A DNA stretch of 62,010 bases, counting the filler, from Squatina squatina (Eukaryota): NCBI GenBank assembly GCA_031763465.1. It is 3 parts of 3 records of this genome, joined end to end, with 100 filler letters (N's around TTAATTAATTAA, not from the genome) between each part and the next. Parts side by side here need not be neighbours in the genome. Positions count along the whole stretch, not along the records: positions 18,220 to 46,382 come from JARFOE010000046.1; 2 more parts are not named here. One strand, 5' to 3'. Shown piece after piece: positions 24,068 through 37,587 of the stretch (position 1 is its first letter; every line of letters starts with the position of its first letter). Both the position numbers and the translations under genes were made by a program. Below the pieces are notes generated by a model. It ran no database searches and was not told the origin of the DNA. It saw only the letters and a program-made list of their open reading frames with translations.

Positions 24068-25164
24068 NNNNNNNNNNNNNNNNNNNNNNNNNNNNNNNNN
24101 NNNNNNNNNNNNNNNNNNNNNNNNNNNNNNNNNNNNNNNNNNNNNNNNNNNNNNNNNNNNNNNNNNNATTCCATTGCCTCAAAACACAGTTTATCGTGCC
24201 AAGATTTGATATTTTATTATTTACTCAGAGATCTTCCATGTGCTCCCCATTTCCCTCTTGTGTAAATTAGATAGAGCAGCTGATACAATAGCAAATAAGA
24301 CACTGAGCAGAGATGTGCTTGAAAAGAATCTGAATTGGGCTAATTCTCTACTTTGTGGATGTTTGTCTGAATTTGCCTAGCTCAGAGTTCAGACCTCACT
24401 CCTGCCTGTTCTGCGTAAGTGAGACAGCAGGTGCTTTGAAAGTCAAATCCAAACCTAAACTTCTAATTTGGAAGCCAGAACACTGGGGTTCAAGTCCAAA
24501 TAGTCCATAGCATGAGATAAGATTCCAATGCAGTGGGACCCCGAACAGATTAATACCATTTGCAAGGCAAATGATAAACTTGACAGTAATTCGATTTTTA
24601 TCAGGGATTACAAATTAAAAATTGACTCATCTAAAATGTTGAATGTATCAGGCACCTGCTCTTAGCCCCACTTTAAATGGGCTCCTTCGTAACTACATAA
24701 TTGTTAGATGAGGCCTCTCCAGTGAGCTGGTGAACAGATTGACCCTGTACTGTTCTATCTGCCCTGTCACAGGGGACTACTAACAGCATGACAGCATTTT
24801 AAAAGGGAATACATAATCAGCAATCAATTCTGATAGATTGTAAGAAGCATTGCACTGTCCACAGCTGTGCTTTTGAGATAAACATAGCCTGCTCATCACT
24901 GCAGATCCCTGGGAGACTTCCATGCTAATCCTTTTGGCTGCTTCTTTTATAATCATTTTGTATGTGAAATCACGTTTCCGAACCCAGAGGTGATATGCAG
25001 CTTCCTTATTAAAATACAATCTGATTCTCAGATAGGTACGATGCACATCTTAAATGCTGTTTGTGTTAACCTAAGCATTGCTGAGTGTTTCAATTGCACA
25101 GTATAAAGAGTCATTGGGGTAGATTTCCACTTTTTCAGGGTGGCAGCAAGATCTGCCTGAATAT

Positions 25165-25470
25165 CATAGAATCATAAAAATTTATGGCACAGAAGGTGGC
25201 TAGTTGGCCCAACATGTCTGAGCTGGCTGAAAAAGAGCTATCCAGCCTAATCTCCCTTTCCAGCTCTTGGTCCTTAGCCTTGTAGGTCACTGCACTTCAA
25301 GTGCATATCCAAGTACTTTTTAAATGTAAGGAGGGTTTCTGCCCCTACCACATTTTCAGACAGTGAGATCCAGCTCCCCACCGCCCTCTGTNNNNNNNNN
25401 NAAGGTCCCAACTCCCCTCTAATCCTTCTACCAATTACTTTAAATCTATGCCCCCTGGCTATTGACCTGT
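25165..25470 (-). mobile_element. CR1 LINE 3' fragment
   Basis: atcatagaatcataaaaatttatggcacagaaggtggc...ttaaatctatgccccctgg. Confidence 0.75.
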
Positions 25471-28400
25471 CTGAGTCATGACTTTCTCAGCCAGTTTGGT
25501 GGTGACACCTCCAACAGCATTTATACAAGTAAGTTTCAATGAAGCTGTTTAAGGATACAAAGACCTTATTATAAAGCTTTTAAAGCTAGTCTTGTGCTAA
25601 CAATGCTCGCTGAGCACAGGCGCTGAAGGCGAAGAGGAAAAAGCAGTGTCAGGCAATGAGGCAAAATATTTTAGAGATTCCGAGCTGACGCTGCTGGTGG
25701 TGAAATACTGGGGGTGGGTGTGGCGGGGGGTAGCAGGGGAAATTTGAGACTTGCACTCTGAACGGGCGCGATGTCTGCAGGAAGGCTGCACCATGAGCCC
25801 AAAGCCTCAAGGAGGCTTGAATCATTTTCAGGTTCGGCCCTAATTTGAATGCCACCGGTGAGCTGCAGGTGCTGAATGGGTGACCTACTGCGGCTCACTG
25901 GCTGTGGGAAGGCAGTATACTGCCCGGCTCCCGTGGTGAGCGAGCCAGGAGGCCGCCGGGGCTAAGCTTAGGTCGGCAGTGGGCCGTAGCGCTTCTCCTG
26001 ATCATACAAAATTTCACCCACAAAATTCTGGGCCTTTTCTTGAGCAGCCACCAGCAGTTCATATGAGGGCCGCTGGTTATACTGCTCACTGCCTGCTACA
26101 AATAGGGTCCGACCTAGCTGCAGGCCCCTGATTTGCATATTTATGCATTCTATTGCCTGAAACAGGTGAGCGTGTTATTTGATATGTAGGCAAAGTTTCT
26201 GCAAGCTTCAGTCAGGAAGTCAAAAATAACCTCCTCAATGTGATATCTGCCTCAGCGATACTGATGTGCTGCTCAAATTTCAGTGTTCTCAGAGGTTAAG
26301 TTTGAGGCAGAAGTTAGGGTAAATGGCATAGGAATGCTGCTTGGTCCAACTTTTTCAGGGTGGTATTGTGATGGTAGGCTTTTCCACCCCATTTTACTGG
26401 CTTTAGCACCCCAACTCAACCCAAAATTGGACAGTAAAGGGAAGGAAAATCCAGTGTAAACTTTCACTTTGACACTTCTCAGCTAGGAAGTGCTGTTTTA
26501 CATTACTCTTTACTCTAACCTTCTGGATTCTTGTCCAGATTTAGCGAGGTCACTCTGAAATGTTGTTGCCTCTCTCTTTCTCTCAAAAGCCTTCTCTCAC
26601 TTCTCTCTGGTGATGTGAGTCTCAAAGTGAAACTCTTTCCATACAATGTTAACCAATCTGTGCGATGCATCTTATTCCAAGATTCCCTTTTTCGGTGACA
26701 ATACCTTAGACAGGCACATATCAAGCACTTATAATGAGAATATGTATTTTTTATTACTTGCGAACAGTCAGATCTACTTAGCTGCAACTCTTCCACTTTC
26801 TCCAGTTTTAATAACCGGGAGAGAGGACAAAAGTTACATCCTGCAAATAGATGTTTTATCTTGTCAACAAAAATATGCTTCCTCAGCCAACCTTGACAAG
26901 CCTCAGTGTACGTAGTTCTGGATACTAATTGGAGCTAACTGAAAAGTCAATTGCCCACGGTTCTTAGCAATACCACTTTCTGTCTTTCCAGAGTTCAGCA
27001 GGATTGTTGCAAACACCATATTTAGAGTAGTTGTCGGCATTTGAGTGCACATTTAGGCTGTTATTCCTATCTTATCTGAGACACTTNNNNNNNNNNNNNN
27101 NNNNNNNNNNNNNNNNNNNNNNNNNNNNNNNNNNNNNNNNNNNNNNNNNNNNNNNNNNNNNNNNNNNNNNNNNNNNNNNNNNNNNNACCGAAGTCACGGC
27201 AGAAGGTAAGGAGAATCCAGGTGGAAATTTGTTCCTATAATAACCATGATGATGAAACATTGGTATGGCAATAACTCAACTGCAAATCAAACTCTCTCCG
27301 GGTACTTACTACCTATAAGTCTGATTACAAAATGGTTGGTAGGCTGGTAACTACTTAATAGCTTGTACTTGCTAGGATAAGAAGCCATTATTAGTTTCAT
27401 AAATTAAAGACATTCTGCTGTAATCAGCTTCAATTTTAGTCACAGGCTAACAAGAAAAAACGTAATTTTATTTTTAAACTTGGCAAGCATTAATATTACA
27501 GTATTTTTCAAGACAAGAGTAATATTCTGAAGTTTTTCCAAATTAATTTTAAAATGCCTTGGTGGAATAATAGATTTGATATAAAGTGAAGGCACAGTAT
27601 ATTTCTTCAGTAATAGCTGAGGAATGCTAATAAAATTAATAACTGGAAGGAGACCAAACAAGCAATAATGTATTTTCTTGTTTCATATTTTTCAAAAAAG
27701 TCCTGTGACATGATTTTTCTTCCATTTTACTTCACAGCTATGAAATTGCTTAGCAACCACGAGAAAAATAGAGACTGTAAAAATCAGAATCAGTTCATAA
27801 CAAATGGAAAATAAAGCTGAAGGATTACATATTTTCATAATAGGAAAAAAAGGATAGATACATCATTTGAATTTATAATCACCAGGTTTCCAGCTTCACT
27901 GAGTGGAATTGGGGCTGTTTTTTCTGCTCCAAAAACAAAAACATTGGCTGGTCCAATGATGGGATGCATTACTGAATCCCTGTGGTGTTAATTAGAGTTA
28001 TCAATCATTATGTCCCATATTTACTGCCTCAAATATGAAGCATCTCTTTTGCAAAAGAACATGCAGAAGGATACATCAGGAAAAATCTGGTGTCCTCTGT
28101 TAAATAGAAGCAAATATTAAGAAAGAGTGTAAACAACTAGGATTTGCTTCTTATATAGACTGCAATAAACTGACTGGAGCTAGTTACAGTGATCCTTCGC
28201 AATAGCTATATGTACGGAGGCATTAGACTTCTAATTTAGTGGGATGAAAACTTGATTATGCAATGGGGAAGTCCTTGTTAATAGGAAGATGTACAATTTC
28301 AAAAAGCTGCAGTGGGTGAACCTAGAAAAAAGCAAATGGTGAGGTGGAAATACAAGCAAGTAAGCTTGTATATTATTAATTAAGCGCTTATAGGTTCCAT

Positions 28401-28584
28401 ATAGTAAATTATTCTCACTCATTTCCATAGGCCTTCTGTGCCATGTTTGTTTCCCAATCCTTCAGGCTGAGTGTTGTAATGTCTNNNNNNNNNNNNNNNN
28501 NNNNNNNNNNNNNNNNNNNNNNNNNNNNNNNNNNNNNNNNNNNNNNNNNNNNNNNNNNNNNNNNNNNNNNNNNNNNNNNNNNNN

Positions 28585-28757
28585 TGGTGTTCAGCAAGCA
28601 TTTTTCTTTTGTAGTCAGATCCTGGATGGCACCAATCCATGAACTCATAATCTGAAAGGTTATGAAAGAAGCTGCCTCTCCAATCTACTTCAGGCTGTGT
28701 CTCTGATGCCCTCTGCAATTGCTCCTCTTCAGTCATTCTGTATGTTTTCTGTGAGAA
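28585..28757 (-). CDS. Candidate coding exon, unidentified gene (partial, runs into gap)
   Basis: tttgcag acceptor, then open frame FSQKTYRMTEEEQLQRASETQPEVDWRGSFFHNLSDYEFMDWCHPGSDYKRKMLAEH in otherwise AT-rich DNA. Confidence 0.4.
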
Positions 28758-30894
28758 CTGCAAACCATAACAATGTTGCTAAAGGGAAATAGTATTGATG
28801 ATTTTGACCAATTATACTATGAAAATGAAACTTCAGCCTTTATGAATATCATGCATGTTATAGGTGAAGATCTGATGTGAGCACTCTCTGCCCATAATTT
28901 TGGCTAGTCATGCCCCAATTATACATTTATGGACATAGCCAAGCCAAAAATCAACCCAATTAACTCACTGTGTAATATACTAGAGCTAAAAATATAGATA
29001 CTGAAATTAGTTTAATATTTGTTGATTCTATATATTTAATTCTATTCCAATGTTCACACTGAACACAGTTCTTTTATTTGTGAAACTATGAGGATGCTGT
29101 AAAGATATCAGAATGCTGCCAAGACCCATTATTGAACTGTAATGAAGTAATCAAATGCTATCCAATACACACTTTTGTAGGATAAGACATGACAAACTAA
29201 GTTGTAATGATGTCTCTGATCCATAGCCTCTCTAAGTAGGTTTTTAACCCGTTGGTGTCTGCTTACTTCTGAAAAAGCTTCACAAAACACATAAAGGGCA
29301 ATTTTAGGAATTCCTATTTCCAGTGCAAAGGTTCGCATATTAAAAATTTGGGAGCAGGCTTTGCAGAATTTTCTGCCCATGCTGGAAGTCTGAATTAATA
29401 ACATTTACCCTGTGGCCTTCAAGACTGCAGCTGACAGAACTGATTCTATTTGGTTGGTTAATTAACAAAGATTGTAAGTGACCTGTTGACAACAGCTGCT
29501 TAACTCCAGCAGCTACAACAGTACACAATGTTCCCGGACATTGAAGTAAAAATTCCACCCTGCAGCCTGTGATTTAGCATCTATTCAAGTCAATGGGCAG
29601 AAAATCACAGGCTGGTGAATGCAGAGATTGAATTATTACCTCACTCTCTCTACTTTTAATTACACCAGTCTCATTACACTAAGCAGATGGGTTCATTATG
29701 GGACTGGTATCAGCTGAGTTCTTTTGGATTTATGAGCAGCACAAATCCTAAAATCCCTAAATCAAAAGAGAATGAGGCTCTCTGTCAACCATTTTATCAC
29801 AGTCGTTTTCCGTTTGAATATTTTAAAGAACTTTTAGTAGCTTTAGCTTAGTTTTCTTAATTTCCCTGTGAGTGTTAATGCGATTTGCTGAACAGGAATA
29901 GTTTTATGCTTTGTTTAACCATTATAAATTTTCAGTATATGTCACTGTGTTGACAGTGCTAGACTCATTGTTCTGATTTGCCCCGTGGAACTGATATGGA
30001 TCTAACATGGAAACATATAATTGAGGAATGGATTGATAGTACTAAAATGTGTAGCTGAATAAACAATCATAACTATGATGGACTGCCATCAGTATTCTAC
30101 TTGAATTCTTCTTTGAATACAATCATTCTTCTATGTAAGTGAGTCCTCTAGACTATATTCATCCCCAATGGCAGCCATTGTATATTCAGACAAATGATGG
30201 TTTCCAATCATCTTCAAAAGCATAAAATCTTGAATAGATGTTTCAATTGTATTAGGAAATTTATTCGACTGCCTCAGTTGTGGGTGTACTGTAGCACTAA
30301 TAATATATATTGATTCTCAGCCACGTTCTGTGTATTTTTGGCCCAACTCATGCCTGATTTTGTTTCAACCCAATTCATTGTCTAATGGAACAGATCATGA
30401 TAAAAGGGAGAGTACAATATAACTTTGGCAAATAGAATATTTTGAACTTCCAAACAAGAATTCAGAGCCCTGCACAGGGAAGTTCCACAATCTTTAGTGG
30501 AATCGCCATTTTCACAAATACAAAATGGTAACATTTCTTACCCGTCCTTGTTTGCTAAACTGCTCAATATTTGGATAGATGGAATTTTCTTTTTTACTGT
30601 TCCTGAAAACAGGCAACGTATGTTCATCTGTCCAGCATTTGTATCAATCTCCAGTCAAACAAATGCAATTTTTGCAGTGATATTTTGCAGAATGTATAAG
30701 CTATCCATTGGCGCAGAATTCACATGGGCCTTCAGTCTGTGATTCAACTAAGCTTGGATTTAATCTGAAATGACCTACTTCATCATGTCAAAGTGACACG
30801 GAATAGAATCAGAGTTCGATTGAGCGTAATGTTTTAGTACAGATTCGCCTGCGATGCAAATATGCACATTTTCTATAACCTCTGCAAAATAATA

Positions 30895-31402
30895 TAGGAT
30901 ATACAGCACAGAAATAGGCCAGTCGGCCCAACCAGTCCATGCTGGCATTTATGCTCCACTTGAGCCTCCGCCTGTCTTTCCTCATCTAAATCTATCAGCA
31001 TAACTGTCTCTTCCTTCTCCCCCATATGCTTGTCTAGTCTCCCCTTAAATGCATCTATACTATTCGCTTCAACCACTCCCTGTGGCAGCGAGTTCCACAT
31101 TTTCACCACTCTTTGGATAAAGAAGTTTCTTTTGAATTCCCTACTGGATTTCTTGGTGACTATCTTATATTGATGGTCCTTAGTTATGCTCTTCCCCACA
31201 AGTGGAAAGACTCTGTATCTACTCTATTAAAACCTTTCGTCATTTTAAAGACCTCTATTAAGTTACCCCTGAGCCGTCTTCTTTTCAAGAGAAAAGAGAC
31301 CCAGCCTGTTCATCCTGTCTTGATATGTATACCCTCGCATTTCTGGTATCATTCTTGTAAGTGACCATGTCACTCTGCACCCTCTCCTGTGCCTCTATCT
31401 CC
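30895..31402 (-). mobile_element. CR1 LINE 3' end
   Basis: KRNFFIQRVVKMWNSLPQGVVEANSIDAFKGRLDKHM, the CR1 ORF2 C-terminus. Confidence 0.9.
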
Positions 31403-31502
31403 NNNNNNNNNNNNNNNNNNNNNNNNNNNNNNNNNNNNNNNNNNNNNNNNNNNNNNNNNNNNNNNNNNNNNNNNNNNNNNNNNNNNNNNNNNNNNNNNNN
31501 NN

Positions 31503-31840
31503 TTATTAAATTTTAATGTTACAATCATTTTAAAAATGTTGTTGGATGTATTCGTGTCGTTCTTCATCTCTCATTCAAGCTTTGGCAGATCTGTCAGATC
31601 TATCAAAGCTTGAATGAGAGATACTCCTACCTGATTGGTTGGGGCCTCTCATGTGACCTCTCCAGGTTCTTCACTGGACTTACCCGGGAAAGAACAGAGC
31701 TCCGATCTGAATCTCCAACTGTGGGGGGGGCAGAAAATCACAAGCTCATGTGGATCCAGGACTGTCAGGTAAGTTCGTAGACATTTTTGCGATTGGAGGC
31801 ATCTGCACGCAGGAAGTCTCCGATCACAAATTCAGGGCCA
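31503..31840 (-). mobile_element. MITE fragment, family of 48922-49661
   Basis: Reverse complement matches aaccaatcaggtaggagtatctc and gcctcc.atcgcaaa.at.tcta.gaactta; terminus aaattcagggcc. Confidence 0.7.
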
Positions 31841-34800
31841 TTATATTCAGAAGCTGTATTTCCTTCAAGTATGACATTAGAATGGGTTTTGAATCAAGCT
31901 GGTGATGACATGCAAATCATCTACCATTCCTTCATATTGCATTTTAAATATTCCTAAAAGCAAGGTTATATTATCTGTTGCATATTATAATATAGTCTAT
32001 GTAAACTACACTGCTGAAAACATCAAATACTGCACCAAGAGATAATATTGGACAGACTTCAAAGTAAATAATTCCAGCATTACTATGCAAATTTACTTCA
32101 TCTGAGTTTTCCTCAAGGTTTTAACCTTGAAACAGATTATTTTTGACAAATGATATCTCATGTCTTTATTGCCAGAATAATTATTCACTCTGGACAGAAA
32201 TGAACACAGATTAACAAATAAACACAGAATAAACAGTGTTGAGGTTATTATGATGCACTTGACGTAGTAATTTTATGATTCATGTCTAAGTTTTAATTAA
32301 TTTTAATGTTATTTGATTTTCCTAGGAAATGGAAACCTGTTGCCCCTCAAGTCCAGCATACAAAACATTTCTAGTTATATAAAATGGCAATCTCAGTAAC
32401 ACTCAATCTAACAAAATGCTCAGAGTTGAAATTGTCATAAGAATGTACTCACCTTCTTACCATATCTCTCAATTTATTCTCTCCCCGCAAACATACCTAG
32501 GTACCTACTAAATCCATTAATACTGTTTGTTTTCTGTTGGNNNNNNNNNNNNNNNNNNNNNNNNNNNNNNNNNNNNNNNNNNNNNNNNNNNNNNNNNNNN
32601 NNNNNNNNNNNNNNNNNNNNNNNNNNNNNNNNNNNNNNNNATATTAGTTCCTTATAATCCACTACATTCTCCCCATCTAGCCACAATTTCTAAATATCCT
32701 CCAGCTGTATGACTAATTCTCTATAAGTGCCGTATGATGTTGTCAACAACTTTTTGAATTTATGTTTGTATGCTTCTGGCGCAAAATCATAGGCAGTAAA
32801 GACTAGCACATTTTATAACCTCATAGTCTGCACTATCCAATGGATCCACATGCGGAGTTCTGGGAGTACTTTACCACTAAGTGACAGCACTTGCCTCTTT
32901 GCCCCAGGGTCATTGGCCCATGTATGGCAGTTAGCTTATTATTCAAAGGCCTTTAAGAATTAGGCAATAAAGCTCTGATATGTTGAGGCTTGTCATGTTG
33001 TTAGCGGCTGTACCTCATTAATGCTTTGTATTGTTGATTTTAGTTTGAAAATAAAGCCCATCTGCCTTGATGCAAATCTTCTAAATGCTTCACTTGATCG
33101 CAGTTACATTTTTTTGCTGGAAAAGTTCCCTTCGAAAGATTTTGATATCCCAGTAAAGCTAGAAAACCTGTTTGTAATGGGTTCTTGCCAAAGGGTGGCT
33201 TAGAGGCTCAACAAGGCATAGTGCCGGACAAAAAAAAACTCTCATTGTAGAAGGTCTCTTGCAATGTCAGTGCTATCTCTCTCTCCCCCTCCTCTCTTCT
33301 AACCTGTAAGGCTGCAGCAAGTAACACTTAACAGATTGAAGCAAGTGAGTGAAACAAACTTTGAGAAATGTGAAGACAATGTGAATTCCCGTGAGATGTG
33401 GTGTTTACTGCTCCTCAGCAGAGCTGCCTTGGCTGGAGGCCAAAAGCATCTTCATGAATTCAATCTCTGCGCTTAATGACTTAGAGAACGGTTATTTATT
33501 CTTTAAGACGTGAATGAGGATTTTGACACCAAAATTTAAGTTAAATTACATGGTAGAGTTCTTACATAAGCCGAACAAAGTTGTTTTGCTGGGCTGAGAA
33601 GCAGAGTAAAACACAAGGGAGGTGCATCTTTATTTGGCATCCATTTCCATCATTATTTTGTGTCGGGGCACTACGGGTGAATGCCACATACAGCAAAGGG
33701 AAATACATTTACGAATTCAGATGAGAAAGAAATGTCCTCATCCTCCAAAGTGCAATAATAAACTGGAAGGGGAGTGTTTGTCTGTGTGTCAGTTTCAGCA
33801 TTGCTTTGTGTTAAATAATCGCGGGTGTCTTCCAGCCCACGCTAAATATTCTCTATCGAATTCATTACTGCCTAATCTAACAAGACTGCAATACGGCATT
33901 TCATTTGTTCAGAGGATGCTTTTGGCCGTTTCTCTTGGGTGTCTTAATATTCAATGTTAGACATGTAGAGAAAAGCAGCTTGGAGCATTGAAAGCTTCAA
34001 AGGACCCTCAGTACGGAACAGGAGGCAAATCTGTAATATTTTGGAGCTGCTGCACTGTAAATATTAATTTAATTTATCATTCCCTTCCTATCATTTGCTA
34101 TAAAACTACCAGTGATTGCACACAAATTAACCATGCCGGGCTGTTTTTCAGGGTTTGATTTTAAAGCAGGAAAATGTATTTCCCCTCTCCCACAAATGNN
34201 NNNNNNNNAAACTAATCTCTAACTTTTGTATCTCAACAGTCCAGAAAAGTCTTTTCATGTCTTATTTCATCAATACGCAAAACTCTTAATGGGTCAAAGA
34301 TTTCTCTAAGATAAGCTCAAATCCTTCTTTAAATAAGTTTTGGAAACAGAAAAAAAAAAGGAAACAAGGAAAGTGATTTTTTTTTTCAGTCTTTAATCAG
34401 GTTGATGACTAGAATGTGTACAGTATTATGCACGTATTATATGTGAGCAGCCGTAAAAGTGATGCAAGACAATACAAATGCATTATGCAGTGCAAAATTC
34501 AGAAGTGGGATATAGAAGCATGACTGTGTATCAATAGTTAACTGGGCACTCCTGGGGATAGTCTAGACACTCAGATTTAACAGATAATTTAATTCAACTA
34601 CAACTACCTTGCATTACTGAAACTGTAGCAGTCACTATGGGGAAACACTACAAGCTGGTACTATTACTATGCGTCGTTAAAGCAGACACTATGGGGCGAC
34701 TATGTGAATTTGTACATTCATTACCAGATGTTCAGTATATCTGACGCATGCAAACGACTCTGTGAGTGTGTGAGTGACTATGTGAGGNNNNNNNNNNNNN

Positions 34801-34887
34801 NNNNNNNNNNNNNNNNNNNNNNNNNNNNNNNNNNNNNNNNNNNNNNNNNNNNNNNNNNNNNNNNNNNNNNNNNNNNNNNNNNNNNNN

Positions 34888-35230
34888 GAGGCTGTCTGCC
34901 ACTCATTTAGATCATGGCTGATCTGTATCCTAACTCCATTTACCAGCCTTGGTTCCATAACCCTTAATACCCTTGCCTAACAAAAATTAATCTATTCTGA
35001 AATTTTCAATTGATCCCCGGCCTCAAGAGCTTTTTGGCGGAGAGAGTTCCAGATTTCCACTCCCCTTTATGTGAAGAAGTATTTCCTGACATCAGCCCTG
35101 AACGGCCTAATTTTAAGGCTACGCCCCCTTGTTCTGAACTCCGGCACCAGAGGAAATAGTTTCTGTCTATCCACCCTATCAAATCATTCAATCAACTTAA
35201 TCACCTCAATTAGATCGTCAATACTTGAGG
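34888..35230 (-). mobile_element. CR1 LINE 3' fragment
   Basis: Reverse complement of the same family as 4955-5228 (tttagatcatggctgatctgtatcc...gtgaagaagtatttcctgacatca...ggaaatagtttctgtctatccacc). Confidence 0.85.
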
Positions 35231-37411
35231 GAATAAGAACAGTGAGCCTCAAAAATAGGTTACGTTTTCAAACACAGATGCTGTCGCTGAGGGAGAGTGA
35301 ACACGTCGGATAAACACCGACCACTGAAGGCTTGATCTTCCTCAATCGATTGTCGCAGTGATTCATAGAACAGCGGCAGGAATTTCCTGGGGGGAGTTCT
35401 CCTGATCGGTCGGCGCAACTTTGGCAGATAAGACACGCGAACAGGTTTCCCGCTGACCGAACAGCAGCCGCTGATTGGGCAAATCCCTGAGGGAAATCCC
35501 CCTCTCCCCCCTCCCCACCAACCCCATTCCCCATTGCGATCCCTGGTTCTGTTCACTTTTTGTGACTTTGTTATTGAATATAAGGAAGATAAACTCAGTA
35601 GCTACTGTCATCTGGAGAGAAAAGAAATAAAAGCATAAGGTAGTGAGCAAGGCAGTGACTCTGAAGTGGTGGCTCCTCACAAATGTCATTGTTTGATAGA
35701 TGAGTGTGAGCCTTGGCAGGATTTTACACAACATTATAGGTAATGCTACTGATATGTGAGCAGGTTTTCCTGAAACATTAGAGATATGGACTAATTATTG
35801 CTTCCTTTCCTGTTCTACTCCTTTAGTAAAGTGGAGCTACTTTACATATGAAATGCTGCCTTGATCCCTTCTCTCTTGAGAATAGGTTTCTCTTTGAGCT
35901 AACCAGGCTGGGTCCTATGAATAGTGGTAGATGAAAAGGATATGTTTGCAGAACTGTGAGAATGACCTGATCTTCTTTCTTAATTCTAGCACCTCTAGAG
36001 TGCCAGTCTCATGAATAACTATTGCCTCAAGAGGACTCAGGGCTGAGGTGTCTGAAGAGGATTACTGTAATTACTTATCTGGAGAAAAATCATAATAAGT
36101 GACTTTACAGNNNNNNNNNNNNNNNNNNNNNNNNNNNNNNNNNNNNNNNNNNNNNNNNNNNNNNNNNNNNNNNNNNNNNNNNNNNNNNNNNNNNNNNNNN
36201 NNNNNNNNNNAGTGAACACACATTTCAGCCCAGTTTCCTATTACCATGATGACAGCCATTCAGCAGGGCACAAGGACTGTAATTCCTGAGTTTAACCAGC
36301 TCATTTTGGTACTGGCAAACTTCATTTGAAGGAGTGCTAGGAGGCAGCCTGGCTGTCTACAAGCAGCCTGATCAAAGAACAGAAAAGCATCTGGTTTTAC
36401 TCTGTTTTCTGTCACAAAGAAAAAAAATCCCTTGCAAGTAAATCATGAAAATGAATACCTGTACCTGTCCTCGGGCACTAAGGAGGCCAGAGCTATTTTA
36501 CACAACCTATTTCCACTTGAGGTCATAAATAATTTGATTTAATTGACTATTACATTATTAATATAGTTATAGTTGAATTATTACTCAATACATTAATAAA
36601 ACATTGAAATCAAATTTCCGTGCTCAAATTTGCATTGCTCAGCTCACATTTAATAGGTCAAATTTACAAATCTGCTGATGCTGATCAAACTTTAGTAAGA
36701 GGCATGGAAACCTGTAGGCTGAGGTTCAAGGACATCAGCCCATGATCACTCAAGTACATCCAGTCAGCTCAACTGCCTTTGTCAGTCAAACACAAACTCA
36801 GCGGACACATCTTCCATTTCAAAAAGTAGCCAATTATATTGTACAGCAGTGGCTTATCCAAAATGATAAGTGGTAGTGCTCAGCATTATTCCCATTATTA
36901 ACATCTATTTCAGTTATTCTATATTTACTATTCTAAGCAAAATTACACCAAGTAATTGGGATAAATACAGGACTGCAATATATACCAGCTCTTCTCCACC
37001 GCTGTATTTAAGAAATTGGTCAGACTGCTTAACATTCCTTTCCAACCTTGTGATTTGGACATTGGCTTAGGCTTCAGGATCAGTCATTGCATCCAAGCTG
37101 ATTGCTTGCTGGTTCTGTGATCTCAGGTGTATGTCCAGTGGTGGAAGCAATCTGAAGCACTTCCACATCAGGCCCTAATGCACTTCCCACTGATGTCCAC
37201 CAGGCAAGTCCCAGCAACTTGATTCTGCACCCACCCTACATTGCCCACACTATAGAATATACATGCAACACAGGTCATACAAGGGCCTTAGTGAGGAAAT
37301 GCTTTTAAAAAGAGAGTGTACTTTATCAAAGAGGCATGAGGACCTGCAGCCACGGTCAGCTGCCCGCAGTGCTCTCTCTGTAGCTGTGAAGCTAACCACC
37401 GAACTCAATTT

Positions 37412-37587
37412 CTATGGCATAGCTTCATTTGAGGCTGTCACCGGGATCTCTGTAATATCAGCTAGGTTGCATTGCAGGCGTGCCATTAGGTGAGCACATG
37501 CTTCATGGCGAGGGTTCATCACCTCATCACCAGAGAAAGTCAGCAGTGATGTGGTACCAGAAGGGGTGTAAGTGTAAAATGTAGAGG
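37412..37587 (-). CDS. Candidate terminal coding exon, unidentified gene
   Basis: Strong acceptor tccttttactgcag, then open frame STFYTYTPSGTTSLLTFSGDEVMNPRHEACAHLMARLQCNLADITEIPVTASNEAMP*. Confidence 0.35.
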
